Shown piece by piece: positions 1-9,512 of a stretch of DNA of 61,812 bases (positions within the stretch are counted from its first letter, which is position 1; each line of letters begins with the position of its first letter). The notes under the pieces were generated by a model. The model made no database searches. It saw nothing but the letters and a program-made list of their open reading frames with translations, and was not told where the DNA came from. Position numbers and translations under genes: made by a program. The DNA is from Deltaproteobacteria bacterium (GTDB lineage Bacteria > Myxococcota_A > UBA9160 > SMWR01), in NCBI GenBank assembly GCA_032128115.1, contig JAQBHB010000053.1:1-61812 (forward strand). Reading direction: 5' to 3'.

Positions 1-1294
1 CCACATCGATGAAGCGCCGGATGCGCCCCTTGCTGGCCAGCGGCGTGCCGTGGGCGTCCCAGAACTCGATGCGGTTGCCGGTGCCGGTCTGCACGTTGGC
101 GATCATGTCGCTGATCACCACCAGCGCTCGGGGTTCGGGCACGTCCTGCCAGCCCGGAAACCACTCGCCGGTCAGGCTCTCGTCCTGGCTCCAGCGCTTG
201 TTGTGCCAGATGATCTTCCAGAGCTCGTCTTTCCGGTCGTACGCGAAGGAATACATGGGCGCGAACGTCTGCTTGTCGAGGTAGATGTCCTTGTGGTGAT
301 ACGGATGGTCGTCGTTCTTGGGGGTCATCCGGATCAGCCAGACGTCGCGCAGCTCCCAGTTGTCGGAGGCGAACGAGAGTCCGTAGGGCCCGAAGTTGTG
401 GTCTTCGTCGTACGGATAGCCCTTCACCCGGGTGTTCATGGGGCCGATCATCCGGCCCTCCCACAGGCATTGCCATTCGTATTGGGGAACCACCCCGTTG
501 AAGCTGCGCAGGTCGTCGAACGTGAAGTCGGTGCCGGCGATGGCGTCGGTGCGCTGGGCAGACGAGATGCGCCGCACCCGCCGCAAGGTGGGAACGTAGA
601 CCCAGGTGTCGTCGTTGCGAGCCTTTTCGCGCGGAAGGTCGGATTCCTTGTAGCGATAGGACAGCAGCGTGATGCCGCGGGCGTCGAAGGGGGCCTTCAC
701 CTCGGCGCCGAAGGCGAACTTGCGCTTCTCGCCCCGGAAGATGTCGCCGTTCATCTCCCGGTATCGCTCCTCGTAGCGGTGGGAGAGCTGCACGCGCTGG
801 CCCGTGCCCTCATAGTAGAGAGGCAGACGTTCGCCCCGGTCCCAGTAGGAGTAGAAGAAGTGGGCCACGCCGTCGCCGCCCGGGGCCTGGAAGTCCCACA
901 TGATCTTGACGCCGGCCTGGGGGTCGCCGAGACAGTCGATCTCGTCCAGAGGGAACGGGCGACCCGACGTCCAGTTTTCGAGGCTGTCGTCCGGTCCGAT
1001 GCGGGCCTGGCCGCGGAAGTGTTCCGTGGCGGCCTGGAACTCCGGGGAGGGTGAGTAGTCGCGCTGCTCGGGGCCGATCTCGAGGCGCATCCCCTCGTAG
1101 AAGAAGAAATCCCGGTTGTCCCAGAAGGGCTCGGGCAGGAAGGGCTGGAGCTTCTTGATCTCGTCGAAGCCGACGATGTCGCCTTCCCGGAAGGCCGGAC
1201 CTACGCCCCCCGCGTCCTCCGCAGCCTGCGACAGAGCGGCGGAACCCTGCAGTGCGATCGCCAGCACGGCAACGAGCGGGAGGGTTCGGCTCAT
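1..1294 (-). CDS. DUF1329-family exported protein (outer-membrane lipoprotein-sorting-like), 3' end runs off the window
   Basis: Not in the ORF track. Manual translation from ATG 1294 (AGGAG RBS upstream) gives MSRTLPLVAVLAIALQGSAALSQA (signal peptide) ... DDTWVYVPTLRRVRRISSAQRTDAIAGTDFTFDD ... HPYHHKDIYLDKQT ... YDRKDELWK, typical of DUF1329. Confidence 0.85.
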   Translation of the reverse strand, partial: MSRTLPLVAVLAIALQGSAALSQAAEDAGGVGPAFREGDIVGFDEIKKLQPFLPEPFWDNRDFFFYEGMRLEIGPEQRDYSPSPEFQAATEHFRGQARIGPDDSLENWTSGRPFPLDEIDCLGDPQAGVKIMWDFQAPGGDGVAHFFYSYWDRGERLPLYYEGTGQRVQLSHRYEERYREMNGDIFRGEKRKFAFGAEVKAPFDARGITLLSYRYKESDLPREKARNDDTWVYVPTLRRVRRISSAQRTDAIAGTDFTFDDLRSFNGVVPQYEWQCLWEGRMIGPMNTRVKGYPYDEDHNFGPYGLSFASDNWELRDVWLIRMTPKNDDHPYHHKDIYLDKQTFAPMYSFAYDRKDELWKIIWHNKRWSQDESLTGEWFPGWQDVPEPRALVVISDMIANVQTGTGNRIEFWDAHGTPLASKGRIRRFIDV

Positions 1295-1385
1295 TCAGCT
1301 TCTCCTGTCGCTGGGGTCCAGCCCGGCCGTCTGGCGCGTCCGTCGGAAACCGGGCCAGGATAGTGTAGAGGCGGGAAGCGTGCCG

Positions 1386-2528
1386 TTACCTGGGAGCCGG
1401 GCTGTCCCCCCACCCGAAGCGTTCGAACAGATCGGCGAGCTGGCTGCGGATGCGATTGCGTTCCAGGCCGAACTCCTCGAGGCCGTAGACGTGGTCGGCG
1501 CGGTGATCGCGTGAGCGCGTCTGCTCGTCTCGGAGCGCGCCCTCGAACCGCGACGACAGCGGCAGACCCAGCTGGGCGTAGACGCGCTCGACGGTGGCCT
1601 TGGGGCTCTCCACCAGATCCCGGTAGCGCACCACCGCATGGCGCACCTCCGGATGTCGAGCGAGAACCTCGAGCGGGTAGCGATAGGTGTGGATCGACTG
1701 CGCCGCGAGCACCTGCAGCGAATCGTCGACCCGGTGGGCGGGACAGTCCGAGGCTTTCCAGTTGCGCTTCATCAGCTTCAGCAGGCTGGGAATCGTCTCG
1801 CACGGGTCGCGCATCATCACCACGAAACGGGCGTCGGGGAAGGCCTCGATCAGGCTTTCCACGCGCCCGCAGAAAACCGGGTTCTTGCTGAGCAGCTGGT
1901 GATCGCCGCCCGCGAGCGCCAGCTGGCGCTGTACGCACTCCCGGTAGAAACGCATCAGCCGGCGCCGTTCAGGCACGGGTCGCTGGTCGAAGTAGTAGAG
2001 GTGTTGGAGCTCGCGCATGTAGGGGAAGAGCAGGGTGAGCGTGCCCGAGGCGCACGAGAGTGTCATCAGGAATTCGTCTTCCTCGGGGCCGGTCAGGCTC
2101 ATGGGGTGCATCTCGCGTCCCCGCGCGAAGGTGCGGTCTTCCCAGGCGCGGATCCGGAGCCGGATCCGGCCTCCGAGCCAGCGTCGATCCCAATCGGCGG
2201 CGCGGCGAACGAGCTTCTTCTGGAGCAGTGACGGCAGGAACAGCTCGTACATGCGAAACCACGCGAAGCGGGGGTCGTGGGTCATCAGGCGGTGCATGAG
2301 GGAGGTGCCGCTGCGCGCGTGACCGATGATGAAGACGGGTTCCCGCACGGGCAGCCTGTGGATCTGGGGCGTGACCAGGCGATCCAGAGCGAAGCACGCC
2401 GCGTTCACGGCCGCCAGGAAGGGAATGCCAAATAGCGACAACCAGACCACCGCCCGTCGACGTGGCGACATGGGGTCGCGAAAGGCCTCGCGCAACAGCA
2501 GGCGAAACGTGCGCCAGTCGAAGGGCAC
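1386..2528 (-). CDS. sulfotransferase family protein
   Basis: PVFIIGHARSGTSLMH PAPS-binding loop, LSKNP and MMRDP motifs; start moved to GTG 2528 with GGAG RBS. Confidence 0.9.
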   Translation of the reverse strand: MPFDWRTFRLLLREAFRDPMSPRRRAVVWLSLFGIPFLAAVNAACFALDRLVTPQIHRLPVREPVFIIGHARSGTSLMHRLMTHDPRFAWFRMYELFLPSLLQKKLVRRAADWDRRWLGGRIRLRIRAWEDRTFARGREMHPMSLTGPEEDEFLMTLSCASGTLTLLFPYMRELQHLYYFDQRPVPERRRLMRFYRECVQRQLALAGGDHQLLSKNPVFCGRVESLIEAFPDARFVVMMRDPCETIPSLLKLMKRNWKASDCPAHRVDDSLQVLAAQSIHTYRYPLEVLARHPEVRHAVVRYRDLVESPKATVERVYAQLGLPLSSRFEGALRDEQTRSRDHRADHVYGLEEFGLERNRIRSQLADLFERFGWGDSPAPR

Positions 2529-2598
2529 CCCAGTCTCCGGAGCAGTTCGGTCGCATGGTATGCTCGCCCGGTCGGCGGGGCGAGAAGACGGGGGGCGG

Positions 2599-3690
2599 GT
2601 GCCGGACCTGGAATCGGGAAAGGCCTGGTCCGAGTTCTGCGACGCCCTGGCCGAGGCGGGTCGCGACCTGCTGCGACCCACCGCACCCCAGACACCCCTG
2701 GATCTGGCCGAGGGCCACCGTTACCTGACCCACATGGTGCGCTCGGCCTTCGAACTCATCGTCGAGGGGGGCGATCCTGCCCTTCCGCAGCTGGTGCCCA
2801 GCCTCCACGAGACCCTGAAGCTCGGTTGGGACAACCCGGACAACCTGCACCTGAACGCGCACATCCGCGGCGAGCACGCCTACCGGCTGTGGGGCACACG
2901 GGGCGAAGCCCACTATGTCTCGATCGCGGTGTACGGCGGTTCGTATGCCAGGGGCGGCGGTACCACGGTGGCCTACGTGGAGCTCGACGATCTGGAGGTC
3001 GCGGCCGATGGCAGCTTCGAGGTGGTGCTGAGTGCGAGCCCCGCGCCGGGCAACTGGGTGAAGCTCGATGCTGAAACCACCACTCTCATGATCCGCCAGA
3101 CCTTCTGGGATCGGACGTGCGAAACGCCGGGCTCGTTCCGGATCGAACGCCTGGGAGCCGACGGGCCGCCGCCGCCGCTCTCGCCCGAGTTCATGCAGTC
3201 GGCCCTGCGCCGCGCCGCCCGTTACATCCGCGGCACGAACCGCATCTTCTTCGACTTCGCGGATCGCTGGCGCGAGCGGCCGAATACCTTCGTCGCCAGC
3301 GACGAGGCGCGGCAGGCCGCTCTCCAGGGAATTCCAGGCAATCGCATGACCTACGGCTGGTGGAAGCTCGCGCCCGATGAAGCCGCCGTGATCGACTTCA
3401 CGCCGCCCGCGTGTCGCTACTGGGGTTTCGTGCTCAGCAACTACTGGGGCCAGTCGTTCGACTACCGGCATCGGCCCGTGCACACCAACGCCAAACGCGC
3501 GCGGGTTCGCGACGACGGCTCGGTCCGCCTGGTGGTGGCCCACCGGGATCCGGGCCTGGCGGACGCCAACTGGATGGATACGGCGGGCCACGCCGAGGGC
3601 GTGTGGAACTTTCGCTGGCTGTTGGCCGATCACGTCCTGATTCCCGAGCCGCGCATCGTGAAGTGGGCGGGGCTCGCGTCGGCCTCCTAG
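2599..3690 (+). CDS. DUF1214 domain-containing protein
   Basis: KLGWDNPDN, YRLWGTRG, DGSFEVVLS, IRQTFWD, NWMDTAGH motifs; divergent from the sulfotransferase. Start GTG 2599 or ATG 2560. Confidence 0.8.
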   Translation: MPDLESGKAWSEFCDALAEAGRDLLRPTAPQTPLDLAEGHRYLTHMVRSAFELIVEGGDPALPQLVPSLHETLKLGWDNPDNLHLNAHIRGEHAYRLWGTRGEAHYVSIAVYGGSYARGGGTTVAYVELDDLEVAADGSFEVVLSASPAPGNWVKLDAETTTLMIRQTFWDRTCETPGSFRIERLGADGPPPPLSPEFMQSALRRAARYIRGTNRIFFDFADRWRERPNTFVASDEARQAALQGIPGNRMTYGWWKLAPDEAAVIDFTPPACRYWGFVLSNYWGQSFDYRHRPVHTNAKRARVRDDGSVRLVVAHRDPGLADANWMDTAGHAEGVWNFRWLLADHVLIPEPRIVKWAGLASAS

Positions 3691-3791
3691 TCGACGGTCG
3701 GGCGGAAGCCCGCGGTCCAGCCGCCCTCCACTCGCCGTGGTGGCACCGGCAAACCCGGCGTGTGTGCTAGTTTTTTTCGTCCGGAGCGGCG

Positions 3792-5018
3792 ATGGATCAG
3801 TTGCGAGAGGGCTCGAACCGACGAGAATTCCTGCGCCGTGGGATGGCCGCCACGGTGGGCGCCGGGATCGGCCTCGGGGGCCAGTCGCGGGCGGCCGACG
3901 AGATCCCGCAAGTTCGCCGTTACCGCAAGCTGGGCCGAACCGACCTCACGATCTCCGACATCTCCATGGGCACATCGCGCACCGCCGATCCGGCGGTGGT
4001 TCGCCACGCTTTCGAGCGGGGTGTCAACTATTTCGACACTGCCGATAGCTACCACGATGGCGGCTCCGAGAAGGCCGTGGGCGAGGCCCTGAAGGACGTT
4101 CGCGACCGGGTCTTCATCGCCTCCAAGACGGAAGCCGGGGCCGATGACGGTCGCCACCGTCTGATGGATCGCCTGAATCGGAGTCTCACGCGCCTCCAGA
4201 CCGACCACGTGGATGTCTACTTCAATCACGCAGTCAACGATGTGACCCGCCTGCGCAATGACGAGTGGTACGAGTTCGTGGCCCGCGCCAAGAAGGAGGG
4301 GAAGCTTCGCTATAGCGGCATGTCGGGTCACGGCGGCCGTCTGATCGAATGCCTGGATGTGGCGCTGGACGACGGCCTCGTGGACGTGGTGCTCGTGGCG
4401 TACAACTTCGGCCAGGATCCCGCGTTCTACCAGCAGTTCACCCGGCGCTTCGACTTCATCGCCATCCAGGAGGATCTGCCGCGCGTTCTGGAGAAGGCCC
4501 ACGAGAAGGGCGTCGGCGTGATCGCCATGAAGACGCTCATGGGCGCGCGCCTCAACGACATGAAGCCCTACGAGTGGCCGGGTTCCACGTTCTCGCAGGC
4601 CGCCTTCCGCTGGGTCCTGTCGAGCCCCCGGGTGGACGCGCTGATCATCTCCATGAATGGTCCGAAGATGGTGGATGTTTTCCTGGGCGCGTCGGGCAAG
4701 GGGGCCGTGCGCCCCCAGGACCGGGCCCTGCTCGAGCGCTATGTCCAGCGCAACGGCGACAGCTACTGCCGACCCGTGTGCAACGCCTGCACGGGAAGCT
4801 GCCCCGACGCGGTTCCGATCGCCGACGTGCTGCGCGCACGCATGTACGCCGAGGACTACGGCGACCCGGAGCTGGCGAGCCGAAGCTATGCCCGGTTGGG
4901 CCGTGGGGCCGATGCCTGCGTCACTTGCGCCGATCCCACCTGCCTGGCGGCATGTCCCTACGGCCTGAACATTCCCGAACTCACCCGCGCCACCCGGCGG
5001 ATCCTGGGCTCCAGCTGA
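3792..5018 (+). CDS. Tat-signal aldo/keto reductase with C-terminal Fe-S (ferredoxin-like) domain
   Basis: NRREFL twin-arginine signal; YRKLGRT, FDTADSY, ASKT, FNH catalytic tetrad region; C-terminal CRPVCNACTGSCP and CVTCADPTCLAACP. Confidence 0.9.
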   Translation: MDQLREGSNRREFLRRGMAATVGAGIGLGGQSRAADEIPQVRRYRKLGRTDLTISDISMGTSRTADPAVVRHAFERGVNYFDTADSYHDGGSEKAVGEALKDVRDRVFIASKTEAGADDGRHRLMDRLNRSLTRLQTDHVDVYFNHAVNDVTRLRNDEWYEFVARAKKEGKLRYSGMSGHGGRLIECLDVALDDGLVDVVLVAYNFGQDPAFYQQFTRRFDFIAIQEDLPRVLEKAHEKGVGVIAMKTLMGARLNDMKPYEWPGSTFSQAAFRWVLSSPRVDALIISMNGPKMVDVFLGASGKGAVRPQDRALLERYVQRNGDSYCRPVCNACTGSCPDAVPIADVLRARMYAEDYGDPELASRSYARLGRGADACVTCADPTCLAACPYGLNIPELTRATRRILGSS

Positions 5019-5039
5019 GCGGGAAGGGCCGACGGCCAC

Positions 5040-6554
5040 GTGCTGATCGATGCTCGCGAACTCCGGGACGGCTCGCGCGTCGATGCCGATCTCTGCATCG
5101 TCGGCGCCGGTGCTGCGGGGATCAGCCTGGCCCGCGAGTGGATCGGTGCCGGGCGCCGGGTGGTCCTGCTGGAGAGCGGCGGATTCGAGCCCGACGCGGG
5201 CACACAGGACCTGTACGCGGGGGAAGCGGTCGGGAACGTGATCGCCACACCCGATCTCCACCTGGTGCGCACCCGCTTGCGGTTCTTCGGCGGTTCCACC
5301 AATCACTGGGGCGGCTACTGCCGGCCGCTCGCGCCCCTGGATTTCGAGTCGCGCCCCTGGGTGCCCGAGAGTGGCTGGCCCGTGGACCGCCGCGAACTGG
5401 ATCCCTTCTACGCACGGGCTCTGTCCCTGATCGAGGTGCCCCCCTTTGGCGGGGACTACGATCGCGACCGCTTGCGCGAGCGGCCCACGCTCGATCTGGG
5501 CGCGGATTCCGGCATCGAGACCTCGATGATCCATCTGTCCTCCACCCGCTTTGGCCAGCGCTACCGCCAGGAGATCGTCACCGCCGGCGAGATTGCCCTC
5601 TACCTCCACGCGAACGCCTTGGAGTTCGAGACCGACGACGCCGACCGCCGGGTGGCGCGCTTGCAGGTCGCCTGTCTTGCGGGACCGCGCTTCTCGGTGC
5701 ACGCGCGGACCTTCGTGCTCGCAACCGGGGGTATCGAGAACGCGCGCCTGCTGCTGCTGTCGCGCCGCGACCGGGTCGCGGGACTGGGCAATCGCCACGA
5801 CCTGGTGGGTCGCTTCTTCATGGACCACCTGTCGCTCGAGGCGGGGCGCGCGCTGTTCACGCGTCCGGTGGGTGATCTGTCGCTCTACCGGGCCGTGCGC
5901 CCCGGTGGGCGCGTTGCGTCCCTGGGTCTGATCACGACGAGCGAGGCGGCACAGCGAGAGAAGCAGCTCCTGGGGTTCTCGGCGCGGGTCCTGTTGGAGC
6001 GGGAAGCCAAGCGCCTCCCGGCGGACCGCCCACTGCTGGACATCACCTGGGCGCTCGACCACCTGAGCGAGCCCCGATCGTCCGCGTCGGCCCAGGGCGA
6101 GGCGATCACTGCGGGCTTGATGGTGGTGGCGGAACAGGCGCCAGATCGCAAGAGCCGCGTGACCCTGGGGACGGATCGCGATGCCCTGGGACAACCCCGG
6201 GCCCGCCTGGACTGGCGCGTGGCCCGGGCCGACTACGACAGCATCGCCCGGTCTCTCGAGCTGATGGCGCGCGACCTGGGCCAGGCTGCGCAGGGCCGCG
6301 GCCAGCTGCGCATCTCGCCCGAGGAGATGCGGCCGCGCAGCAATGGCTGGAGCCACCACATGGGGACGACCCGCATGCACGAGGATCCCCGCTCCGGCGT
6401 GGTGGATGCCCAGTGCCGCGTGCACGGCGTCGAGAATCTCTACGTGGCCGGGAGCTCGGTGTTCCCCACCGGTGGCTCGGAGGGCACCACCACGTTCACA
6501 CTGCTGGCCCTGACGCTGCGGCTTTCGGACCACCTGAAGCGGGAGATGCTGTGA
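5040..6554 (+). CDS. GMC family FAD oxidoreductase
   Basis: IVGAGAAG FAD fingerprint, FGGSTNHWGG, GGIENARLLL, HHMGTTRM, NLYVAGSSVFPT. Confidence 0.92.
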   Translation: MLIDARELRDGSRVDADLCIVGAGAAGISLAREWIGAGRRVVLLESGGFEPDAGTQDLYAGEAVGNVIATPDLHLVRTRLRFFGGSTNHWGGYCRPLAPLDFESRPWVPESGWPVDRRELDPFYARALSLIEVPPFGGDYDRDRLRERPTLDLGADSGIETSMIHLSSTRFGQRYRQEIVTAGEIALYLHANALEFETDDADRRVARLQVACLAGPRFSVHARTFVLATGGIENARLLLLSRRDRVAGLGNRHDLVGRFFMDHLSLEAGRALFTRPVGDLSLYRAVRPGGRVASLGLITTSEAAQREKQLLGFSARVLLEREAKRLPADRPLLDITWALDHLSEPRSSASAQGEAITAGLMVVAEQAPDRKSRVTLGTDRDALGQPRARLDWRVARADYDSIARSLELMARDLGQAAQGRGQLRISPEEMRPRSNGWSHHMGTTRMHEDPRSGVVDAQCRVHGVENLYVAGSSVFPTGGSEGTTTFTLLALTLRLSDHLKREML

Positions 6555-6952
6555 ACGCTCGACCCACCCGCCGGGAGTTCGTGTCGCTCGCCCTGGTGGT
6601 GGGGGCGGGCGGGGGCCTCTCGCTGCTGGTGTGGCCCGCGGGCTGCGGACCGGGCGAGAGAGTGCGCATCGACCTCTCCAACGTGTTTCCGGATCCGGCG
6701 CAGGCCGTAGGCGTGGGACGCGACTATCTGGCGCGCTATCCCGAAGAGGCCGTGCGGTCGCAGCTGGAGGCGCGGGTCCTGGAATCGTTGGGGGGGGCCG
6801 AGGACCCGACACGCCTGCGGACCGGACTCGATGCGGCGATCCGTCGCGACTTCACCCGCGACCGGGTCTTCCGACACGCTGGCTGGGTGCTGTCGCGAAC
6901 CGAGGGGCGCCTGTGTGCCCTGGCCGCCCTGGCCGAGAAGGGCCAGGGGTGA
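6551..6952 (+). CDS. small Tat-signal protein, probable partner subunit of the GMC enzyme
   Basis: GTG start overlaps the GMC stop (GTGA); TRREFV twin-arginine motif, hydrophobic stretch, C-terminal IRRDF...GWVLSRTE. Confidence 0.7.
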   Translation: MNARPTRREFVSLALVVGAGGGLSLLVWPAGCGPGERVRIDLSNVFPDPAQAVGVGRDYLARYPEEAVRSQLEARVLESLGGAEDPTRLRTGLDAAIRRDFTRDRVFRHAGWVLSRTEGRLCALAALAEKGQG

Positions 6953-6961
6953 GAGGTCGCA

Positions 6962-8635
6962 TCACTTCGGAGCGAGGCGCCGGTCGGTCTTGCGGGCCAG
7001 CTCCTGCAGGGCCAGATCGCCCGGGTGCCGGGTGAGACCGGCGCGCAACACCTCTCGGGCGTGCTCGGCGTCACCGGTGCCCAGCAGGGCGCGTGCGTAC
7101 GACTGGATCACCACCGTCGGGTACGGGTCGAGTTCGTAGGCCGCGGCGAAGGCGTCCCGGGCGCGGCTGTGTTGGCCGCGCGCGCCGTAGGCGCGGCCCA
7201 GGAGCATCTGGGTCTGCGGGTGGGGGCGCAGGGCCAGGCTCTCTCCCAGCTCGTGCTCCGCGCGGGCAAGGTCCTTGCGCTCCAACGCCAGACGGCCCAG
7301 CTCCCGGTGGATCTCGCTGTTGTCGCGCCCGATCCAACGCAGCCGCGTCGCTGCCCGCTCGATGCGCGGATAGTCGTCGTAGGCCAGCGCCCGATGGAAG
7401 CTGTCGATCTCGAGGGTTCCCACGATCACGATCACCACCCCCGCGACTCCGGCGACCCACACCCCGGGCTTCAGCCAGGAGCGGCCGGTCGCCGGGGCGA
7501 CGGAGCGGGGTTCGGCGGCGGTTTCCGGGGCCCGGATCAGCACCCGGGCGACTCGCGTGTCGCGCAGCTTCCAGACGGCGCCGTCCAGGACGAAGTGGTG
7601 GAGATTGACCGACGACGCGATCAACAGGGCCAGACCATCGTGGTACGGCAGGCTTCCCAGGGTCTGCGGCGACAGCAGCAACTCCGGAATCGCGAACAGG
7701 GCTGCGCCAGCCAGGGCGCACTTCAGCAGGTAGAGGCTCTGGCGTGGCGACTCTCCCGATCGGCGAGCGTAGTAGGAGGTGACCCAGAGATATTGGAGCG
7801 AGTGTCCGAAGATCACCCAGAAGAAGGCGTAGCTGGCGTACTCCCAGCCCAGGGCCTCCACGCCCCCGGTGACCCCCCAGTAGCGGGTGAGGGTCGGTGC
7901 CACGAACCACAAGGACTGGGTCAGGACCAGGACGGCCGCGGGAAACAGGGCCCGAAACGATCCCCCCCGCAGGAGCAGCACGGCCGATGCCGCCAGCGTC
8001 ACCAGGTACCCGCCCAGGCACACCGTCAGCAGGGTCTTCTGGATTCCCAACGGAATCCCGAGCGGAATGAAGTGATAGACGTTGCTGAAGTCCCGGGTCT
8101 GGCCCGATGGGGCGTTGGGTGCATACACCGCCCCGGAGAGACTGTCGCCGTGCACCACCAGCAGCGTGAGCAGGAACGACAACAGGAATGACGCGTAGAA
8201 CAGACGTTTGGCCAGCGGCGTGATCGTCACGTCGCGCCGTCTCATGAACAGCAGGGCGATTCCGTAGTTCTGGCCCGTGTAGTGCCATGGGCTCCAGGTG
8301 AGATACAGGGTCAGCAGCCAGGAGCCGATCACGTGCCACTCGAGTGCGGCCAGGGAGATCCCCAGGATCGCCAGCGTTGCCCCTACCGAAAACACGGCGT
8401 AGGCGCGGCGGCTCTCGCGCTGCTCGTAGACGCGCAGCAGGGTGGCGCCGTAGTGGGGCGTCGACGTGACCACGGTCAGCAGGGGAAGCAGACTCAGCGG
8501 GATCCAGGCGCGCATCTCGGGGCCCGCGACCACGAGCAGGACGAAGACGGCGAGGTATCCCACGCCGCAGCCGAGGGCGAGATCGGGCAGCGGTCCGAAG
8601 AGCCATTGCGACTGGTGCCGCGCCCCGGGGGACAT
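6962..8635 (-). CDS. multi-pass membrane protein with conserved His motifs and C-terminal TPR repeats
   Basis: About 10 hydrophobic segments followed by helical TPR-like repeats; shares motifs with 44853..46709. Confidence 0.8.
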   Translation of the reverse strand: MSPGARHQSQWLFGPLPDLALGCGVGYLAVFVLLVVAGPEMRAWIPLSLLPLLTVVTSTPHYGATLLRVYEQRESRRAYAVFSVGATLAILGISLAALEWHVIGSWLLTLYLTWSPWHYTGQNYGIALLFMRRRDVTITPLAKRLFYASFLLSFLLTLLVVHGDSLSGAVYAPNAPSGQTRDFSNVYHFIPLGIPLGIQKTLLTVCLGGYLVTLAASAVLLLRGGSFRALFPAAVLVLTQSLWFVAPTLTRYWGVTGGVEALGWEYASYAFFWVIFGHSLQYLWVTSYYARRSGESPRQSLYLLKCALAGAALFAIPELLLSPQTLGSLPYHDGLALLIASSVNLHHFVLDGAVWKLRDTRVARVLIRAPETAAEPRSVAPATGRSWLKPGVWVAGVAGVVIVIVGTLEIDSFHRALAYDDYPRIERAATRLRWIGRDNSEIHRELGRLALERKDLARAEHELGESLALRPHPQTQMLLGRAYGARGQHSRARDAFAAAYELDPYPTVVIQSYARALLGTGDAEHAREVLRAGLTRHPGDLALQELARKTDRRLAPK

Positions 8636-8660
8636 CGCCGGGCCATTCTAGCATCGCGAC

Positions 8661-8720
8661 CCCGGGGTCGACGGGCGTGTGAAGCTGCTCGCTCCGCCCG
8701 GGGTCGACGGGCGTGTGAAG
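8661..8720. repeat. 24-bp direct repeat (CCCGGGGTCGACGGGCGTGTGAAG) x2, period 36
   Basis: Exact copies at 8661-8684 and 8697-8720; the first overlaps the palindrome CGACCCCGGGGTCG (8657-8670). Confidence 0.9.
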
Positions 8721-8728
8721 GTATTCGC

Positions 8729-9406
8729 TCAGCCGGCGTCGTTGCTGCGCGACTCGCGGCGGCGCTGCATGCGCTCCTGGATCTCGTTGAAATCGACGCG
8801 CACGAAGATTCCATCGGCATCCGCCGTGAGCGTGTCGCCGGCGTAACAACGAGCCTTCGTCACGATGCGGCGCTGAGTCTGCTTGTCGATCCAGCCCTCG
8901 AAGCGCAGGTCCTCGTCCAGGGGCGTGATGGCCCGGTAGCGAACCGTGAGTCTGGCCGTGACGGCGCCTCCGCCCGAGAGCCCCTGGGTGGCCCCCAACA
9001 CGTCGTCGAACAGGGCCGCGACCCAGCCCCCGTGTACGCCGTGAGGAGGCCCTTCGTAGGCGAGGCCCAGGCGCGCACGACCCTGGATACGCCGGGAGCC
9101 CCCGGCAGTGTCCACGATCTGAAGGGTCAGCGGGGGCGCCACCGGGTTGAGGATCCCGCGGATGGGGCTCTGATCCAGGTACGCGGTTCGGGACTCGGAG
9201 CTGAGAGACAAGGCATCGTCGTCTGCGTCGTACCAGCGGGGGCGGCGCGGCCCGGTGAGTCGTCCCCGCAGGTCGCGCGCCAACCCGGCCGCAGCGGTGA
9301 GGTCGGTTTCATCGATCTCGCGCTCCGCCAGGGCCTGGACGATGGCGCGCAGGTCCTTCGCAAGGGTCTCGGCCTGTTGGCGAGCGCCCGACTTCGATTT
9401 CTGCAT
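8729..9406 (-). CDS. PaaI family thioesterase (hotdog fold)
   Basis: YEGPPHGVHGGWVAALFDDVLG, TARLTVRYR; start moved to ATG 9406. Confidence 0.88.
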   Translation of the reverse strand: MQKSKSGARQQAETLAKDLRAIVQALAEREIDETDLTAAAGLARDLRGRLTGPRRPRWYDADDDALSLSSESRTAYLDQSPIRGILNPVAPPLTLQIVDTAGGSRRIQGRARLGLAYEGPPHGVHGGWVAALFDDVLGATQGLSGGGAVTARLTVRYRAITPLDEDLRFEGWIDKQTQRRIVTKARCYAGDTLTADADGIFVRVDFNEIQERMQRRRESRSNDAG

Positions 9407-9512
9407 TGCCCCCGCTCCGATGAAGACGGCCCGTCCGGGTTGGGCGGACCGCGCGTCGAGCGGGCCGAATCGTGGGAGCCAGGCACGGCGGGATGCCCAA
9501 GTGGGGCGTGGA

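Noticed and set aside
3687..6812. 1041-aa minus-strand ORF, and similar long antisense ORFs (1969..3633, 53179..55398, 55973..58660, 26639..28534, 29977..31614)
   Set aside because: They lie opposite well-supported genes and have no recognisable motifs; long shadow ORFs are expected in high-GC DNA.
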